DNA of 64,000 bases from Ramazzottius varieornatus (Eukaryota; Animalia; Tardigrada), in the NCBI GenBank assembly GCA_001949185.1, contig BDGG01000006.1, positions 1,284,827-1,348,826 of the forward strand, read 5' to 3'. Made by a program: the position numbers and the translations under genes. Shown here piece after piece: positions 11,399 to 25,480 of this stretch (within the stretch, counting starts at the first letter, position 1; every line of letters begins with the position of its first letter). Below the pieces are notes generated by a model. It was given only the letters and a program-made list of their open reading frames with translations, did no database searches and was not told the DNA's origin.

Positions 11399-14300
11399 AT
11401 GATCTCCCGCGCTAGGCCAGCCATAAGCATGAGGAAAGGACAGCTGGCATTCTGGAATATTTTAACCATAGCGAAGTCGATGGTCTTCCTCCTGCTGCTT
11501 CGGGGTTACTTGGCGGAGGCATCTTACTCCTGCCCCAAGTATGAATTCCCCTGTGAATCTCCAGACCATCAATGCGTGCCTCAACATCTGTGGTGTAACG
11601 GGGAGGAGGACTGCCGGAATGGCTTTGATGAGAATAAAGACTGCAGTAAGCTTTCCTTATTTTCCATTCCACTTCCGGTCAGAAAGTGCGACGAAATCAG
11701 CGAACAAAACCCAAACAATGCGATTTCGTCATCGTGTGACGTCAGTGCGGCTGGATATGTACCATATGGTGACCCAGTTGGACTACGGGGTGCCACGTGG
11801 TACATACTGAAATCGTAACCTCGTATCTGTATTTGTTGTATCGTACTGTATCATTCTACCGTATCTCATGGAAGTCGTTCTTCCAGAAAGTACCAGATTG
11901 CAGATGTTCCATCAAGACACCGGCAAACTGCAGCAGTGCGTTAAGGATGTGAAGACAGCAAAGAACAGAACGGTAGCGTTGAAGCATCACGATGATTACT
12001 GCGAGTTTAGGGGGTTTCCGCCCAGTGGCAGCTGCGACTGTGATCGAGACATGGAGTTATCCTCGCTCTCGATCTACTGCGAGATCGACAAGGGCTCTTT
12101 ACCGTTCCTGGCTGATGTTCGACCTTATCCGCAAAAGATTACCATATTCAACAAGAACGGAATGACCGGCTGCCTTGGGGGAGGGAAATACAGGCGAGTG
12201 GAAGGCCTTCTTTCACTGTAAGTTCAAACTTCCTCCTAGTTCGATTTTGAGAACCCCTCCATCCTTCCTTGTTTCAGGAGTTACGCGGGGAACAAAATCA
12301 AATGTCTAATGCCACAAGCTTTCGACGGATTGCTTCTGTCATCCTTGTAAGCGAAAACGTTAGCGTCTTTCGAAATAAGATTTTATGAGAAATGAGAGCT
12401 CGGTGACAACTCGACACGATGGCTTGCCCAAGTGGCGCACGTTCTCAGTGTTAATGTTTGAAATCCTGCGCCGCTTCTGAAAGTGAGTCTGCCCAGTTGG
12501 CTTGTTTATCCTAGTGAGTAGTGACGCACATTCTCAGTGTCATCAGCTGGCAGCTTGCGCCACATGAAAGAAATTTCTTTTCGATTTCGTTTTTGCCGAG
12601 CCCCCCCCCCCCAAATATCATCCTGAATTTTGGCTGTAGGGATCTCTCGAACAATTCGCTGACAACCCTCGTACCCAATACCTTCAGCTGGCTCCACGTC
12701 TGCTGGCTCTACTTGCAGCGGAATAACCTGGTGGATTTCCCCGCGGATGCTTTCAGCCGAGAAGACACCATCAAGATGATGTAAGTTTTGATGTTTCAGC
12801 TTCTCGACCTGGTACCTCTGCCGCAATTCGGAATCTTTTTCACAGAAGCCTTCGTCGGAATAACCTGACATTGGAGCGACACGGAATGCTGGACAACTTG
12901 CCTTTCGTTGTTATCCTGTAAGCTTTCTTCCACGCCATTCCTTCCTTCTTTTTCAGTATTTTTTGCTGATTTTTTCGGGGGTCTCTCTCTTGCAGAGAGT
13001 TAGGGCGGAATCACATTCGGAGGATTCGCAACGACACATTCCGAAATAATCGCGCGCTGAGTACATTGTAAGGGTCTTGTCTCGCGTCAGTTCCTAGCAA
13101 ACCTTGTGCCAGCAATCGTCCCCTCAGACGGATGAGCCGCATATTAGCTTTGTGGGCATGTGACGTCTCTTCCTGATGGGTATTGCTGCTCCCACGGGAT
13201 GCGCTGATTATGCTGACTTCCGTGTTGGTGTATTTTGACAGGGACCTGACACGTAATCATATCGAAGTCATCGAGGATGGAGCCTTTGACAATCTCCTCG
13301 ACCTAACGACCCTCAACCTCACCCACAATAAACTGAAGAATGTCTCCGGTGGACTCATTGCCAACAACATCCGCATGAAAGAATTGTAAGAATAATTTCC
13401 CCTAAAATTGTTTTTATTTTATCCTGGTTCCCAGTTCACTTAGCATAAACCGTTTCAGCTCGTTGGCGCACAACCCTTTGACAGAACTGCCACCGGAACT
13501 CTTCCACAACTTCGTCAACTGCTCCACACTGTAAGCCAGCTGTATGTTTCTAAAGAGAAATGTGGGCGGAAAGATCAGCAAAATCTGAGCGATGGATTTC
13601 TTTTCATTTTACAAAACCATCTGGAAGCTTGGCAAAAAGACTCGACAACAGTGGCGCACATGTGCATTACTATCCAATGAAAGCGTGTGCCACTTGGAAA
13701 AATTGGTTTTGTCGGTTGTTTGCTGGCTCAGTTTTCTTTCATGTTATGACTTGCATATCTGTCTCACTGAGATGTTTCTTCTCAACGCAGGGACCTTCGG
13801 GGAGTTCTCATCGATAACATTGATGAGTCCATGTTTCAATCGATACCTTCAAGCTGTGTTGTGTAAGTCAATTTATTATCATCGCCCATAAATCAACACT
13901 CGGAACGAAATTATTACTATCAAAGTGTTTGAAGATTTACGATTATTACCCTATCAATACAATACTTTACACTTCAAAGAACTTGACGTTTTTACTGTTG
14001 GTTTCTGCGTAGCATGTTTGAGAAGCTGTACTACTGCTTTGCCGCGCACCACATTCGCAACTGCACGCCCAAGAGCGACGGCATCTCCTCATTCGACCAT
14101 CTACTGGTCAACCCTCTGCTGGTCACTCTCTCCTGGACACTGGCCGTCTTTACTGTCCTGTGCAATTTGGCGGTCTTTTGTGTCCGCTGGTATCTGGACC
14201 GAACACTGAAGAGCGGCTTACATAACATGGTCGTCAGGGATGCGCGCATCATTTCCCTCTTCGTGAAAAACCTCAGCTGTAGGCTTTTCCATATCAGTTA

Positions 14301-16230
14301 CAGTTTTCCGCCAGGTAAACGTTTTGCAGAATTCGAACTCTTCCGTTGTAGTTTCAGACTTCCTTACGGGGATATATTTGCTGGGTATCTGTTACCAAAA
14401 CGAGAAATTTAAAGGACGCTACAGCAAATTCGCCGTCGACTGGGTCCACAGTGACAAATGCAAAGCATTGGGAATCATCGGTAAGAATCAGGTCTCAAAT
14501 TATGTTGAGTCTAGTGGATTACCATTTTGTTCTCGAAAAATGGATCTTGAGGTAAATCGCGCATTTTCTGGCTATACCACCCGCTGTGCAATTTTACTCT
14601 TTGAATTTCACTACCGGTCTTTCAACACTCATTTTCTCCCCGTCGAATCGGCGACTTTTCTACATTATCTCATAGCTTTAGACTGGAGAAGAAAAGCTTC
14701 CGCTTGAGTACGTACTGACTGTTTTTCCTCCCTTTTCGCAGCCATGTCATCGGCGGAAATCAGCATGATGATCCTAACCTTCATCGCCGTGGACCGTTTT
14801 GTCACGATCGTTTGCGGGATTCACCGGCCCAAGTTCTCCGTCGCCGCGGTTCGTGCCATCCTCGTCTTGATCTGGATGACGGGCTTTGCGGTGGCCATCG
14901 CGCCGGCCTTCCTGTGGGGCGACCGCACCCACAGTTATTACGGCAACAACGGCGTTTGCTTGCCGCTGTACCTCCACGAACCCCACCTCAAAGGCTGGAT
15001 CTACTCCCTGATGGTCCTCATTGGCTTGAACGGCTTCCTCATCCTGCTGATCATCATGTCCTACATGGGCATCTTCATCACCATCAGAAGTTTTAGGAAG
15101 GGCAGCGTGACGGTGGCGGCGGATGAGGTCGAGCTGTTCTGGAGGTTCTTCCTGTTGGTCTTGCTCAACCTCTGCTGCTGGCTGCCCACTTTCGTCTTCA
15201 AGTTCCTGGCTCTCACCAGCTACAAAGTTCCTAGTACATATCGCTGATCATGTGATTAATTTCCACCAATGAAAGTCCGTTAATTTTGTGGATATTCTAA
15301 ATCAATGTCAACCAATGAATAAAATAATTGTTTCATCTGAAATAAAATAGACATAACGTACGTATTCAAACACGCAAATGGTTAACGGAGTTTAGATAAT
15401 CTTCAAAAAGTCAGGGCCGATGTAAAAGATTGAAATGGGCTGTCGGGGGAAAAACGGGACCAGACAGTTTTCCCAAGTGGCGCACGTTCTCACTGAAATT
15501 GGCCGAGAGCGTGCGTCACTTCAAAACGATCTGGTCGAGTTTGTTTGCTGAGCTGCCAAAATTTGGATTTCGCGAAAATGGAATTTTTCCGTTTAGAATA
15601 GATGCTCGGTTTTTCCTTGCAGATGATTCCTACGCTTGGCTCGTCACCTTCGTCTTTCCACTGAACAGTGCCATGAATCCCATTGTGTACTCGCTCAGCT
15701 CCAGCGAGTTCCGTTCGCGTGTGGCCCACGCCACGGGATGCCATCAAGTCCTCCACCTATTTCTCCAAAGACTCCACGTCCTTGGTCGTAAGTAATGGCT
15801 TACTTTCTCAAAAAATAACCTCGTCCCTTTCGACCTGTCCGTGCTTAACGATGGTCTTTTGTCTGTGTTCACTGCAGGAAGGCTGAGTTCGCCTTTCACG
15901 GCCACCAGCAACACGCCGTCATGGCCGACACAAGACAACGTCGTCTCCCCCTGTGATCTCTACGCTCAAGGCGACACTAACAGGTTCCCTGCTGGCTTGC
16001 TGTGCAAACGTCTGCGCGACAAGTGTCGATCGGCCATCACGACGCCACGCAGCAGCCAACATTCTAACAAAAGCCCCGAACACTGCCAGCAAGGCCCAGC
16101 GGGACCCTACAGAGCCCCACGCTACCGACACTCTGATCTCCTGGACGTTCCTCGCGCACAGCACGAACTGATACCGTTGAATAGTTTCCTCAAAGTTGAC
16201 GCGCAGCTTTCTCAACAATCCTTACCCTGA
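11399..16230 (+). CDS. Relaxin-receptor-like type C LGR (LDLa + leucine-rich repeats + 7TM GPCR; RXFP1/2, Lgr3/Lgr4-like), ~14 exons
   Basis: Signal peptide, then LDLa CPKYEFPCESPDHQCVPQHLWCNGEEDCRNGFDENKDC. Several ~70-nt LRR exons (DLSNNSLTTL, DLTRNHIEVIEDGAF). Hinge YYCFAAHHIRNCTPKSDGISSFDHLL. TM motifs NLSFSDFLTGIYL, SSAEISMMILTFIAVDRF, YYGNNGVCLPL, NLCCWLP, FPLNSAMNPIVYSL. Start ATG could be 11399, 11429 or 11480. Confidence 0.95.
15450..15566. repeat. Representative copy of the dispersed intronic palindrome TGGCGCA-N27-TGCGCCA
   Basis: GACCAGACAGTTTTCCCAAGTGGCGCACGTTCTCA...CGAGAGCGTGCGTCACTTCAAAACGATCTGGTCGAG. Eleven further copies occur in the window (see findings). Confidence 0.85.
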
Positions 16231-16596
16231 CCTCGTACGGTCGAATTTCTGTTTGTTGAAGGAGGTTTTTAGTTTTGTACATGATTTCTGGTTTTACGTC
16301 GAGTTTGACTTCTATCGTGATGTAGAAACAGTGCGTCGTTCCGTCGTTGTGTCTTCAGTTTTCTGGAGGTGGTTTTCCACTGACTCGTCTGTCATGCCAA
16401 CAGGAAGGAGGACTGAACTTTTGAATGTAGTACAGCCAAAGAAAAGTGAGTGTCGCGAACCGGAAGTCAGAGAGGCGGAATGGAAAATGTGTCAAATAAA
16501 AGAGGTAGGAAACGGAAAGCAGTAAAAGCAGAAGCACGAGAAACATGCAGGATGAACGAGTAAGAAAATTGTAAAGACGGGTTAAAAGAGAAGAAT

Positions 16597-18079
16597 TTAA
16601 AAGATAGAAGGAAAAGGAGGAAGCTCTTCGTCCATGGGACTGCTCAGCTGACTGGCAAAGGTCCCCGTCTCGGTCGCTCTCGATGGATGCCTCTTCGTCG
16701 AAATAGGGGTGAAGGCTGGAAGACTACCGGAGCCGTTCTCTGAAGAATGGCCGGAGAAAGAATCGACAACGGAGGGAGGGAGGGCGGTGTTGTACAGCCG
16801 ACGACTCGTGTCTTCCGCCTGGGCGAAGTACCCGGAAGTGCTAGTGACTTCCGATCCACCCTCCACCGGAGACAGTTTGTCCTTGAAAAGAAAAGACAGC
16901 ATTCATATTTGAGCTGGACTCTCGAGAACGATCACTATATAACTTTTACTAATCGTTGAGGCCTCTTGACAGGATATGGCCGATCAGGAAGGTGGACGTC
17001 GGAAGGCGGCTGTAGGCTATTCATGGGAACTGTTGGCAGTTCAACAGTCTGAACAAAGGACAGTAATGGAGAAGGCCTGGCTACGCTTCTTGTGTCGCTC
17101 CTCTGCGTCTTCTTCGAGCTGAGAGAATCCTTGGATTCTGATCGCCGACGGCAGCGCAGACTTCGAACCCGGTCGCAAAAGATGAAGAAAAGGCAGCATA
17201 GAACGGTGAAGGACAGAACTCCAACCAGAGCCAGCAAAGTCCAAGTGAACTTGTCTGTAAAGAAAACGTCTCGTTTGACGAACTGAATTGGTCCACTTTC
17301 AACAGAAGAAAATGCACGGAAATGATTGTTACCCAGTGGCTTTCGCTCAACGTTGACGAGAATGGGCGCTCCTGAGGCACTGCCATTGTAGATTTTCCCG
17401 TTTACCAAGAAGGTGTAGGCCAGTGTGCAGGAGTAGAGTCCCTGCATTCGTGTGCTCACTTCCGGCACCAGTAAGGAAGACTGAAACTGTCCCGAAGCGA
17501 CCTCGTTCTGTGACTTCGGATAGTGCTCTAGATCCACGAAGTCCCTCGGTCCCTCCCACTGCAACAGAAACGCATGAAATTTCACGATCAACTCGCGCAC
17601 CGCAGTGACGTCATGAGGTGAATCAACCCGTATTTTGCCTATTGGATGCGCCAATGTAGCGATCATACTGGAATTTCGTGTAACAGATCGCCGAACCCAT
17701 ACCTGGATACGAGGCTTCAGCAAAAATGTACGGGAAGGATCTGAGGACCACGCAGGACATACTACGGAGCAAGTTATTTGTAGAGTGGAGCCTTCAGTTA
17801 CCAAATGCGGCCCCATGGCTGTGATGACTGCGCGACTGAGGTCAGACGGTGGCTGATGACCGTCGGAAGGTAAAGTCGAAGCTACTAAAAACAAGAACGC
17901 AGTATAAGATAGTGTATCTCATTCGTTACATCCATAGTACTAAGGGGGTAAATCGTCAAATGATCCTCGTCGAACGAATCGACTATGGCTATGGACGGAA
18001 AAAAGTTTTACCTTGTACCTGTGGCGAGTTCGACGAGGACGAGGAGCGGGAGCACAGTTGTGGTGACGGTGACAGCCAT
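16597..18079 (-). CDS. Single Ig-domain type I membrane protein (multi-exon)
   Basis: Signal peptide MAVTVTTTVLPLLVLVELATG from ATG 18079. Ig motifs VTEGSTLQITCSV...IQWEGP...SSLLVPEVSTRMQGLYSC. TM segment FTWTLLALVGVLSFTVLCCLFFIFC, then a basic stop-transfer and a Ser/Pro-rich tail ending ...PPFPSIF*. Confidence 0.75.
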
Positions 18080-19370
18080 GGATGATTCCGTAGCGACTCT
18101 GCGGTGAAACAACCACGAGAGCAACAGTCAGTGAAGGAAGGAAGATGGTCCAGATGAGAGGCAGTCCAGATTCCAAAACGACAAACATGAAATGAGAACT
18201 CTCAGCGCTCCTAGCATGAAATCAATCCACAACCAAATCAGCGTTGTCTCGTGACACGACGCGGCTTGCCATACTGTTGGTCCACATTACGTTACTGGAA
18301 GGACCATTATTAAAGGGTACCCGAAGTCGGACAGAAATCAGATCGAGTCAGTAATCCAGGAAGAGAAACGGGGGGGTACCACGCTATCGCTTGGCTCGTT
18401 GTATTTAATGCAATAATAATATTTAATTAAATTTTAATCTATTTACTTAATGTTTAAGATACTCGATTTTGTTTGGGCAAACACGCGGCACGGAACCAAA
18501 TACGACAAAACCAAGTAAAAAAACCTTCTGATCGAAAGCCTTTCTCGTGTCAGCCTCAGATTCACTGATGTACTGCTGAAACGCGCGTTGCTGGAAGGAA
18601 AAAAACCGGAAAGTATCTTCGACGTTATGCGTCAAAGCATAATGCGGGGCGATTCTAGGCATGACGTAACCATTCTGTGTCGTACAAGATTGTTATTTTG
18701 ACCGAAAAGCAAGATCATTCAATCAACCTCCACCGCAGCTTGGGCACGAAAAAGAAACAAGACCACACTTCGGTTGATTGACTGCACCTGCTAACTCAAT
18801 ATTCGAAAAAGCACTTCTACTGGGATTCGATGCCAAGGTTTCTTATATACGAGACCTGGCTCCGGTAAATTTATCGCCCGCCATTTTAATTTTGCGCGTT
18901 TTGGCTTGCCATGCGCCGACAGACGCGCGCTTCAGCAGCACATCAGTGCTCAGATTCCCCACGGGTCCTTCCCAGTCAGCGCTACTTAGCGAGAAACTTA
19001 GATTCCACGAGTGGATTTGTTTGCTTAAACCTCGGAGAGTTTCCACTGTTAAACTTCGTAAGTTATCAGTCAAGCAAAGACAAAACAAATCCCGCGAATT
19101 TCAAGTCAGGTGTACTTCGGCCGCCATGCGGATAACGGTTGTTCACAAGTAGTTTTTCTGGTACAGACCGTACAGTTGATCACTGCACACGGCCAGATCA
19201 AAGGACTTTGAGTTCGATTCGCTCACGTCACTTTTTATATTTCCATGGAATATTCATTTGATTCACAATCGCACATCTCACGCGCAACAAAGCAGCACGA
19301 AGTCTGCACAAAAGAAACATGGCTAAGAGACGAAGGCTGTACAGAGTGTAGAACATCTTTCATCGTAAAC

Positions 19371-19640
19371 TCAGGGAGCAAAGGCGTTAGCTGCAGCTTT
19401 CTGTGGTCGCTGAACGTAGGACGAGGGACTAATACCCAAACTTTGCAGGTAAGCTTTGTCCCGCTGCGTTCTTCTGTAGTCATCGTACATCAACCCGAAA
19501 AGAGTTACAGGTACCAGGATAGTCCATTTGTGCCTCCATAACAGCTTACTCCAAGGAGCATTCTTGAATGTTGGTGGCGCGGGTGGACCAGGAGGAGGCA
19601 ATGGTCGATCAAGAGGAGTTTGACTGGATATCCCGGACAT
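19371..19640 (-). CDS. Small (89 aa) single-pass membrane microprotein, uncharacterised
   Basis: Clean ORF with ATG just after a splice acceptor (~19668, non-coding first exon likely). Pro-rich N-terminus, hydrophobic WTILVPVTLFGLMY followed by DDYRRTQRDK. Head-to-head with the OFD1-like gene. Confidence 0.6.
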   Translation of the reverse strand: MSGISSQTPLDRPLPPPGPPAPPTFKNAPWSKLLWRHKWTILVPVTLFGLMYDDYRRTQRDKAYLQSLGISPSSYVQRPQKAAANAFAP

Positions 19641-20242
19641 CGAGAAGGATCTTCAACGCAGGAACCTGCCTGAAACCAGTGTCCCGTATTCAGTGCCACA
19701 AAATCTATGAACAAAACAGTGGTGGGCGGTGAGCGGCGGAGCTGAAGGAGAACAAAACGAGGAGAAGACAAAAGCTGACATTTTTAAATGAAAAACATTG
19801 CAACAGCTGATTTGCGCACTGTACAGTATACGCTCGCGTGCGGCGTTGCGCACCACTCCACACACTCTACTCATGTGCAGTATGACAAGATCCTACATCG
19901 GTACACCAATTACCATACTAGTCCACGAAGTCCTACTTGCGGATGCTGAGCTTGCGAATCCAACTGGATCGATCCAGATTCCAGAATGACTCACTGGATG
20001 ATCTCTAATCCTGCCATCACTGTGAAACTCTCCGAGATTATTTCCACGTTTAAAATTTCTCCGTTGTCTCTCTTGGAAGTGTTCAGCCCAGAGATAATCC
20101 ACCATCGCCTGCAGAAGAGGATTTCACGGACCAACATCCCATTCTAAGGAAGGAATGTTTGGAGGATCACATGATTTTATTGTTTACCCGTGAAACATTG
20201 GACCTGCATGAATCTTCCAGGGATTAGTGGAAACTGTTTCGC

Positions 20243-23200
20243 ATGGAAAAACTTCGAAATCGAGACAGCAGAAATGACTTCTCTAATAATGGAATTGGTC
20301 GAACATCTCAGCAGCCAGAAGATGATGATCCAGAAATCGAAGAGGAGGAGATCGACGCTAATAATCTCCGCGACACGCTCCTTTCTCAACTCGAATCGCC
20401 TTACTTTAGCAACCGTCTCCGGACTCAGATCAAAGCGCAGATCAGAGCTACCTTGGCTCTCCAGGTAAATTCATAAGCTGTTTTAGAAAACTTGGTCGAG
20501 AAACAGGAAATTGTGGCGGTTTGCAGAGGTTTTTCTGCCCCGTTGTACTGACGCATGACGTCATTGAAATCACGTAAGCTAGCCAGTGAAGTAATGCTTG
20601 TCATGTTACTTCGCGATATGATTTGCGTGAGTTGATCAGGCTGCCGCGTATCTGGCAAGATCAATCAAGGAAATCAACTGCGAGTACCGGATGTGTGTTG
20701 ATTTGATTTTTGATTGGTTACTTTTTCAGATGGCGCCAAAGGAAGTTCTCACAGCGAAACCACCTCACCAGCGTTCCGATCCTGTTCGCGAGCTGGCCAA
20801 CGCTATCGTCGCCCAACACCTCCTGACATCCGGCTGTGATTTCTCCCTGTCAGTATTCCTACCGGAATCGGGCTTGAATGGCGAGCTACACCCCATGAAC
20901 CTGTCCGACCTTCTATTGTACCTTCGCGTGCGCTATCCGTCCTTCAACGAACGCGCCTTGGCGGAAGACCGTAGCTTGCTCAGTCTTCTCGTTTCACACC
21001 TACCTGTCTCTTCCGATCAAATCACGACTCGCTTCGGCGAAGCACTTTCGGTGGATAACGAGAGAGCAAATAACACAAGCAATAAAAGCGTGCAAACGGA
21101 AAGACTCAAAAGAGAACAGGACTTCCTTGATCTAGAACTGAAGTACCATCAGCTGAAAACGAGATTGGGGTGGCGGCAAGGGGAGATTTTTGATGTGGAA
21201 GCTTTACTCAATAAGTTTGGAAATAATGTGGCCAGTGAAGTCCGGAAAAGAACGCTGAATGAGTTCACGCAGAACAGCGTGAAGGAAATCCAGAGCGCGC
21301 TCGAAGAAACAAACGAAAGGCACTCACGAGAACTGCTGAGTATCACCGCAACGTGGGAAGCCAGATTACAGGAAGCCCAAACAAGGTACGTACCAAGTGT
21401 ATAGAACTGTGTTTTCAAGACCAAAATAGGAAGAGAATGTTTCATCATGTGCCTGCGTACAGGGACTCTTGGTGTATGTACACGCGCCTGGCCTAAATGT
21501 NNNNNNNNNNNNNNNNNNNNNNNNNNNNNNNNNNNNNNNNNNNNNNNNNNTGATTGGTCACCACAGCTGGCCCGTGTCGCTTTCGCTCCGTTCCCCACCT
21601 TTTTTGTCCATCCCCACATTTAGGCCAGGAACGTGTACGGCGTTGTGTATGTAGTTGGGTTTGATCGTCTACCTACGCATGCGGGACCATGGTGTTGTAC
21701 GAGGTTCTGTGTATGCAGGTGGATAGGGGAAGCATGAAATGCGTCAGAAACTTGTTTCATGTTTCGTATTCTGTTTGTAGGTATGAGTTACTTCATCAGC
21801 GGTTGACCAATGCAGAGCAGAAGAGCTTCCTCGAAAGGCAAGAGTGGCTGCAGAAGCAGGAAATCGCAGAAAAGGATGAAGGGAAGGAGAAGGAATTGAT
21901 GGAAGCTAGGTTGCGGGAGCTCGATGAAAAAGAAAGGGAGATCGTGACCAGGGCGAAACAGCTAGCCGAATACGGCCAGTCCCTCGTAGCGAAGGAAGGT
22001 GAGATCCAGAGGAAGGTGGACCAGAAGGTCGGAGAACTGGTGCGGATGAAAGCAAAGGCATTAGACTTGAGGGAAGAAAAACTGAGGAAAGACGAAGCTT
22101 CTCTCACGAAATTGAAGGTACCGGAAAATTTCCGTTTTAAACTTTCCCTTTACCGAAATCATTTTCTCATAGTTTTCTTTTCAAGCTTCTCTGGGAAGTT
22201 TCGAAATCACTTTTCCTAAATTTGCTTTCTTCGAACTTTTCTCCCAAATTTGTTCTTTCGTACCGAAAATTTCGTCTCCGCGTTTTTCTTGGTGCATGAG
22301 TGTTTTTGTTGTCTCAGGATCATTTGACACGGACGATAATGACGGACAGTGGTGAGCCCGACGTTACGGCCACCGAACCTCGACCGTTCCTGCAGAAGAT
22401 CAAGTCCGAGTTTTCTCGCCTTCACCGTGAGAACCAGAAGCTCAAGACCCGACTAGCCACCATCGCCGATTACGAGAATCTAAAGACGCAGAAGGGCGAC
22501 CTGGAAAGGGAAGTCAAGAACCTTCGTTCGCAACTAGCTTCCGTCCAGCACGACCTTGCACAAGAGCGACAAGACCACGCAGCCACCATCCGCGACTTGA
22601 CGGAGAAACTGATCCAGCCCGATAGGCGGGTCGAAGAGACGCGGAAGGAAGCCGAATCGGCCAAGGAGAAGCTGATGCTAGACACGTTGAGGTGGGAAGC
22701 GGAGCGAGGACGGTTCCGAGCGGTACTGAAGGAAAGGGATAGGGAAGTGGAGAAGCTGAAGGAAATGGTGGAGAACCTGCAAGAAAAAGTGGAGAGTGTG
22801 ACGGCTAAACTGAATCGAATGCAGGGGCTATCGTCACAAGCTTCGTGGATGCTGATGCAAAATGGACAGAACAGCAACCATCAGCAGTCTGCTTACGGTA
22901 AGCTAGATTGACATCGTTTTGTCATCGTTTTTTCGACCTGCATACGAAGAACCGTTTGTCCAATGTGGCTATTGAGTTTGCAGGTGGATGAGGCGTTGGT
23001 GTACCTTGACTATCACCGCCTCTCGTTCACCTGCATACTTTGAGCTTCGATATTGACATGGTGTGGGTGTATGCAGGTGGCCAAAAAAGGGGAATTTCTT
23101 TAACGGACTGTTACAACATTCAATATGGCTGTTTTTCGTCATTGTAGCTCCGGCAGCGGTTTCGTCACGTCTGGTACCTCCTTTCCCAGCCATGGATCCA

Positions 23201-23836
23201 CTCAGCGGTGACGAATCTTCTTCTTCGCACAGTTCCATCGCCGATGCCAAGAAGCGCATCAAAGCCTTGGAACGGGAAGCCAGCGACATGCAGGCTCACT
23301 TTAATCAGTATCGTCGCTACGTGACGGACCAGTACCAAACTCCACCCAAATCTCTTCTTCAGAAGGGTTCGTCGGCTTCCCTGGATCGGCCCGAACATCC
23401 ACGGAAGCTCCTACTCACACAGTATCTGCTTCAAGACAATTCGAAAAGCCACACGAGCCCGAGGAGCGCCACTTCCGGTACAGCAGGCTTCCGTGAACCA
23501 AATCAAGCCAGTGAACACTTGACGCCCCCTAGGGGTGAAAGGGGCAGCCCGGTAACAAATGGAAGGGTCACCCCGGTTTACGCGGGATTTTCGAGGGGTG
23601 ATTTTGGGACAGTTAGGTCGCTAGAGCTGGAACTTCGCGACGCGGAAAGAGTTTCGAGTAACCGGTCTCCTCGGGTAGAGACCAACCCTGTTACTGCTGC
23701 TGAGATAGACAGGAAAGTGGAAGAAGGCAGTGACGGTGAAGCGGAAAGTGAAACGATGGGCTTGGAAGCCAGAATGACGGCGGATGTGAGGAACCTCATG
23801 GCAGCTGCGGAGGAGAATGGCGAAGGAGGATGGTGA
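20243..23836 (+). CDS. OFD1: OFD1-like centriolar LisH / coiled-coil protein (multi-exon; N-gap in one intron)
   Basis: N-terminal LRDTLLSQLE...RLRTQIKAQIRATL and LisH ELANAIVAQHLLTSGCDFSLSVFLPESGL. Long coiled-coil exons (21781-22117, 22319-22897) and a later IKALEREASDMQAHFNQYRR helix typical of OFD1. The 3' end may include one more exon after 23880. Confidence 0.75.
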
Positions 23837-24228
23837 AAGTGTTTAATCAGCTCTCCTTCGCTCTTGTTTGTTGTGTACAGTGACTCCGCCTTCACGGCGG
23901 ACAGCTTTTGCCGCTTCTGCGGTCTCTTTGTTAAACCAGTAATTTCTTCGGTCACAGTATTCATCCTGGTGGGTTTTGCAGTGTGTAGCGGAAAATACTC
24001 TATTCGTTGATAAACTCCGATGCTTCTTGTTGCTCTGTTCTTATCTAACGAACCAAAGATTGTTGTTACATGAGAGAACAACGAATCGAAAGGTGCATAT
24101 TTCCGTAATAAACACTGTGCAAAATAGGTGTTTTTCATAAGCAACATATTAATAAGAGGGACAATGATACAGCGGATAAGTGGGACCCTAAAATTATATG
24201 ATTTGAAGTCTTAGAAACGGAAAGAAGA

Positions 24229-25252
24229 TTAGCGACTGTGTCTGCTCGGCTGGTTGGTAGGAAGAGACGGTTTCGTTGGTGTGACAGAATCTAATGTTGA
24301 AGGTACCACCGCCGGAACGGGAAGTCCAGCAGCGCCAGCGATGCCCGGCTGGGACTGGTTAATCATGTAGGCCGCCTTCTGCGCCGGATGTAGCGGTAGT
24401 GCTCGTCTTGCATAATGTAGATGCTTAATGACGGTGTAGACGCAGAATGACTACCAATCAAAGGAAACGAGATGGAACAGTTCTTGCGAGTTGGGACAGG
24501 TAAGGTACGTACGCTGATCATGCCGAAAAGGATCTGGATGGTGCTGTAACCCCGGAAGAGCGGGTAGCTGTTGTGTCCTGGTTGGTAGAAAGACATGATC
24601 CACCGTTCGCAGTCGCTGTTTTTATCGCATTTGAGTAAACGGATGGCGATGTAGGCAACGAGGAAACCAACCGCCAGTTGATCGAGGCAGTAAATGACAC
24701 CGTATACGACGAACACGGCAACGAGCGGGCGGGATCCCTGGCATAAAAGTTTGCAAAGATGGGGCGGTATACCTTCAACGAACCAACATTTCGACTTACG
24801 TATTTCTCCCCGGCGTATAGTACAATGCCCGAAAACATGGAAAGTACATGGAAGAGAAAGTTGTGGACAAAGAAGCCGGTGTAGGCTAGATCCTCGTGAG
24901 GGTTGGACTCGTTACGCGGGACGAAGTTCTTCAAGTCCGGTGGTACAGTAGCGGTACCGGCAGCAGCGCCATTATGGTCCCTCATCTTTGGTGCAGGGTT
25001 CGCTGCAGGTACTTGTGAAGCGGTATTTTGCGTTTCATTCCACTTAGCATAAGCGATGTCGTAATCTTTGTTGTAGTTTATAAGAAGGTATGAACACCAG
25101 GCGATTTTTAGAACAGCTTCGAACTGCAAGCAAAGCGATGCAGTATGCGCCAGATACAAAACAGCTAATCGAAATTGTTAAGAATGCTGCCTTACAACTG
25201 TGAAGTACGCGACGGCGACAACACCTTTCTTTTGGACAAGACTGGACTTCAT
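24229..25252 (-). CDS. Four-TM membrane protein (LAPTM/DUF4728-like topology), ~4 exons
   Basis: ATG 25252 MKSSLVQKKGVVAVAYFTV with donor gtaag. Hydrophobic segments FEAVLKIAWCSYLLI, FFVHNFLFHVLSMFSGIVLYAG and VAVFVVYGVIYCLDQLAVGFLVAYIAIRL. Spliced IQILFGMIS|SFCVYTVIKHLHY, then a low-complexity tail to TAA at 24229. Confidence 0.6.
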
Positions 25253-25480
25253 TTCAGGTTTTTTCAGGATTTAGTAGTACAAACGAAAGATATCATCAGA
25301 ATAAACTGCAAACTTTACAAAGAAAATTTACTCCATAATTAGTTTAATTCTGGCTTAATATTGCAAGCTCGTACTACAACATATTTCTAGCCATATTTTC
25401 GGGCAGCATATGATTCCAGAGACGGTATCCGTTACCACTGTAACCATGATGGACGAGCACATTGCTGAAGTTACACCTTA

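Noticed and set aside
21501-21550. Runs of 50 N (also 34392-34441)
   Set aside because: Assembly gaps; ORFs crossing them are artefacts.
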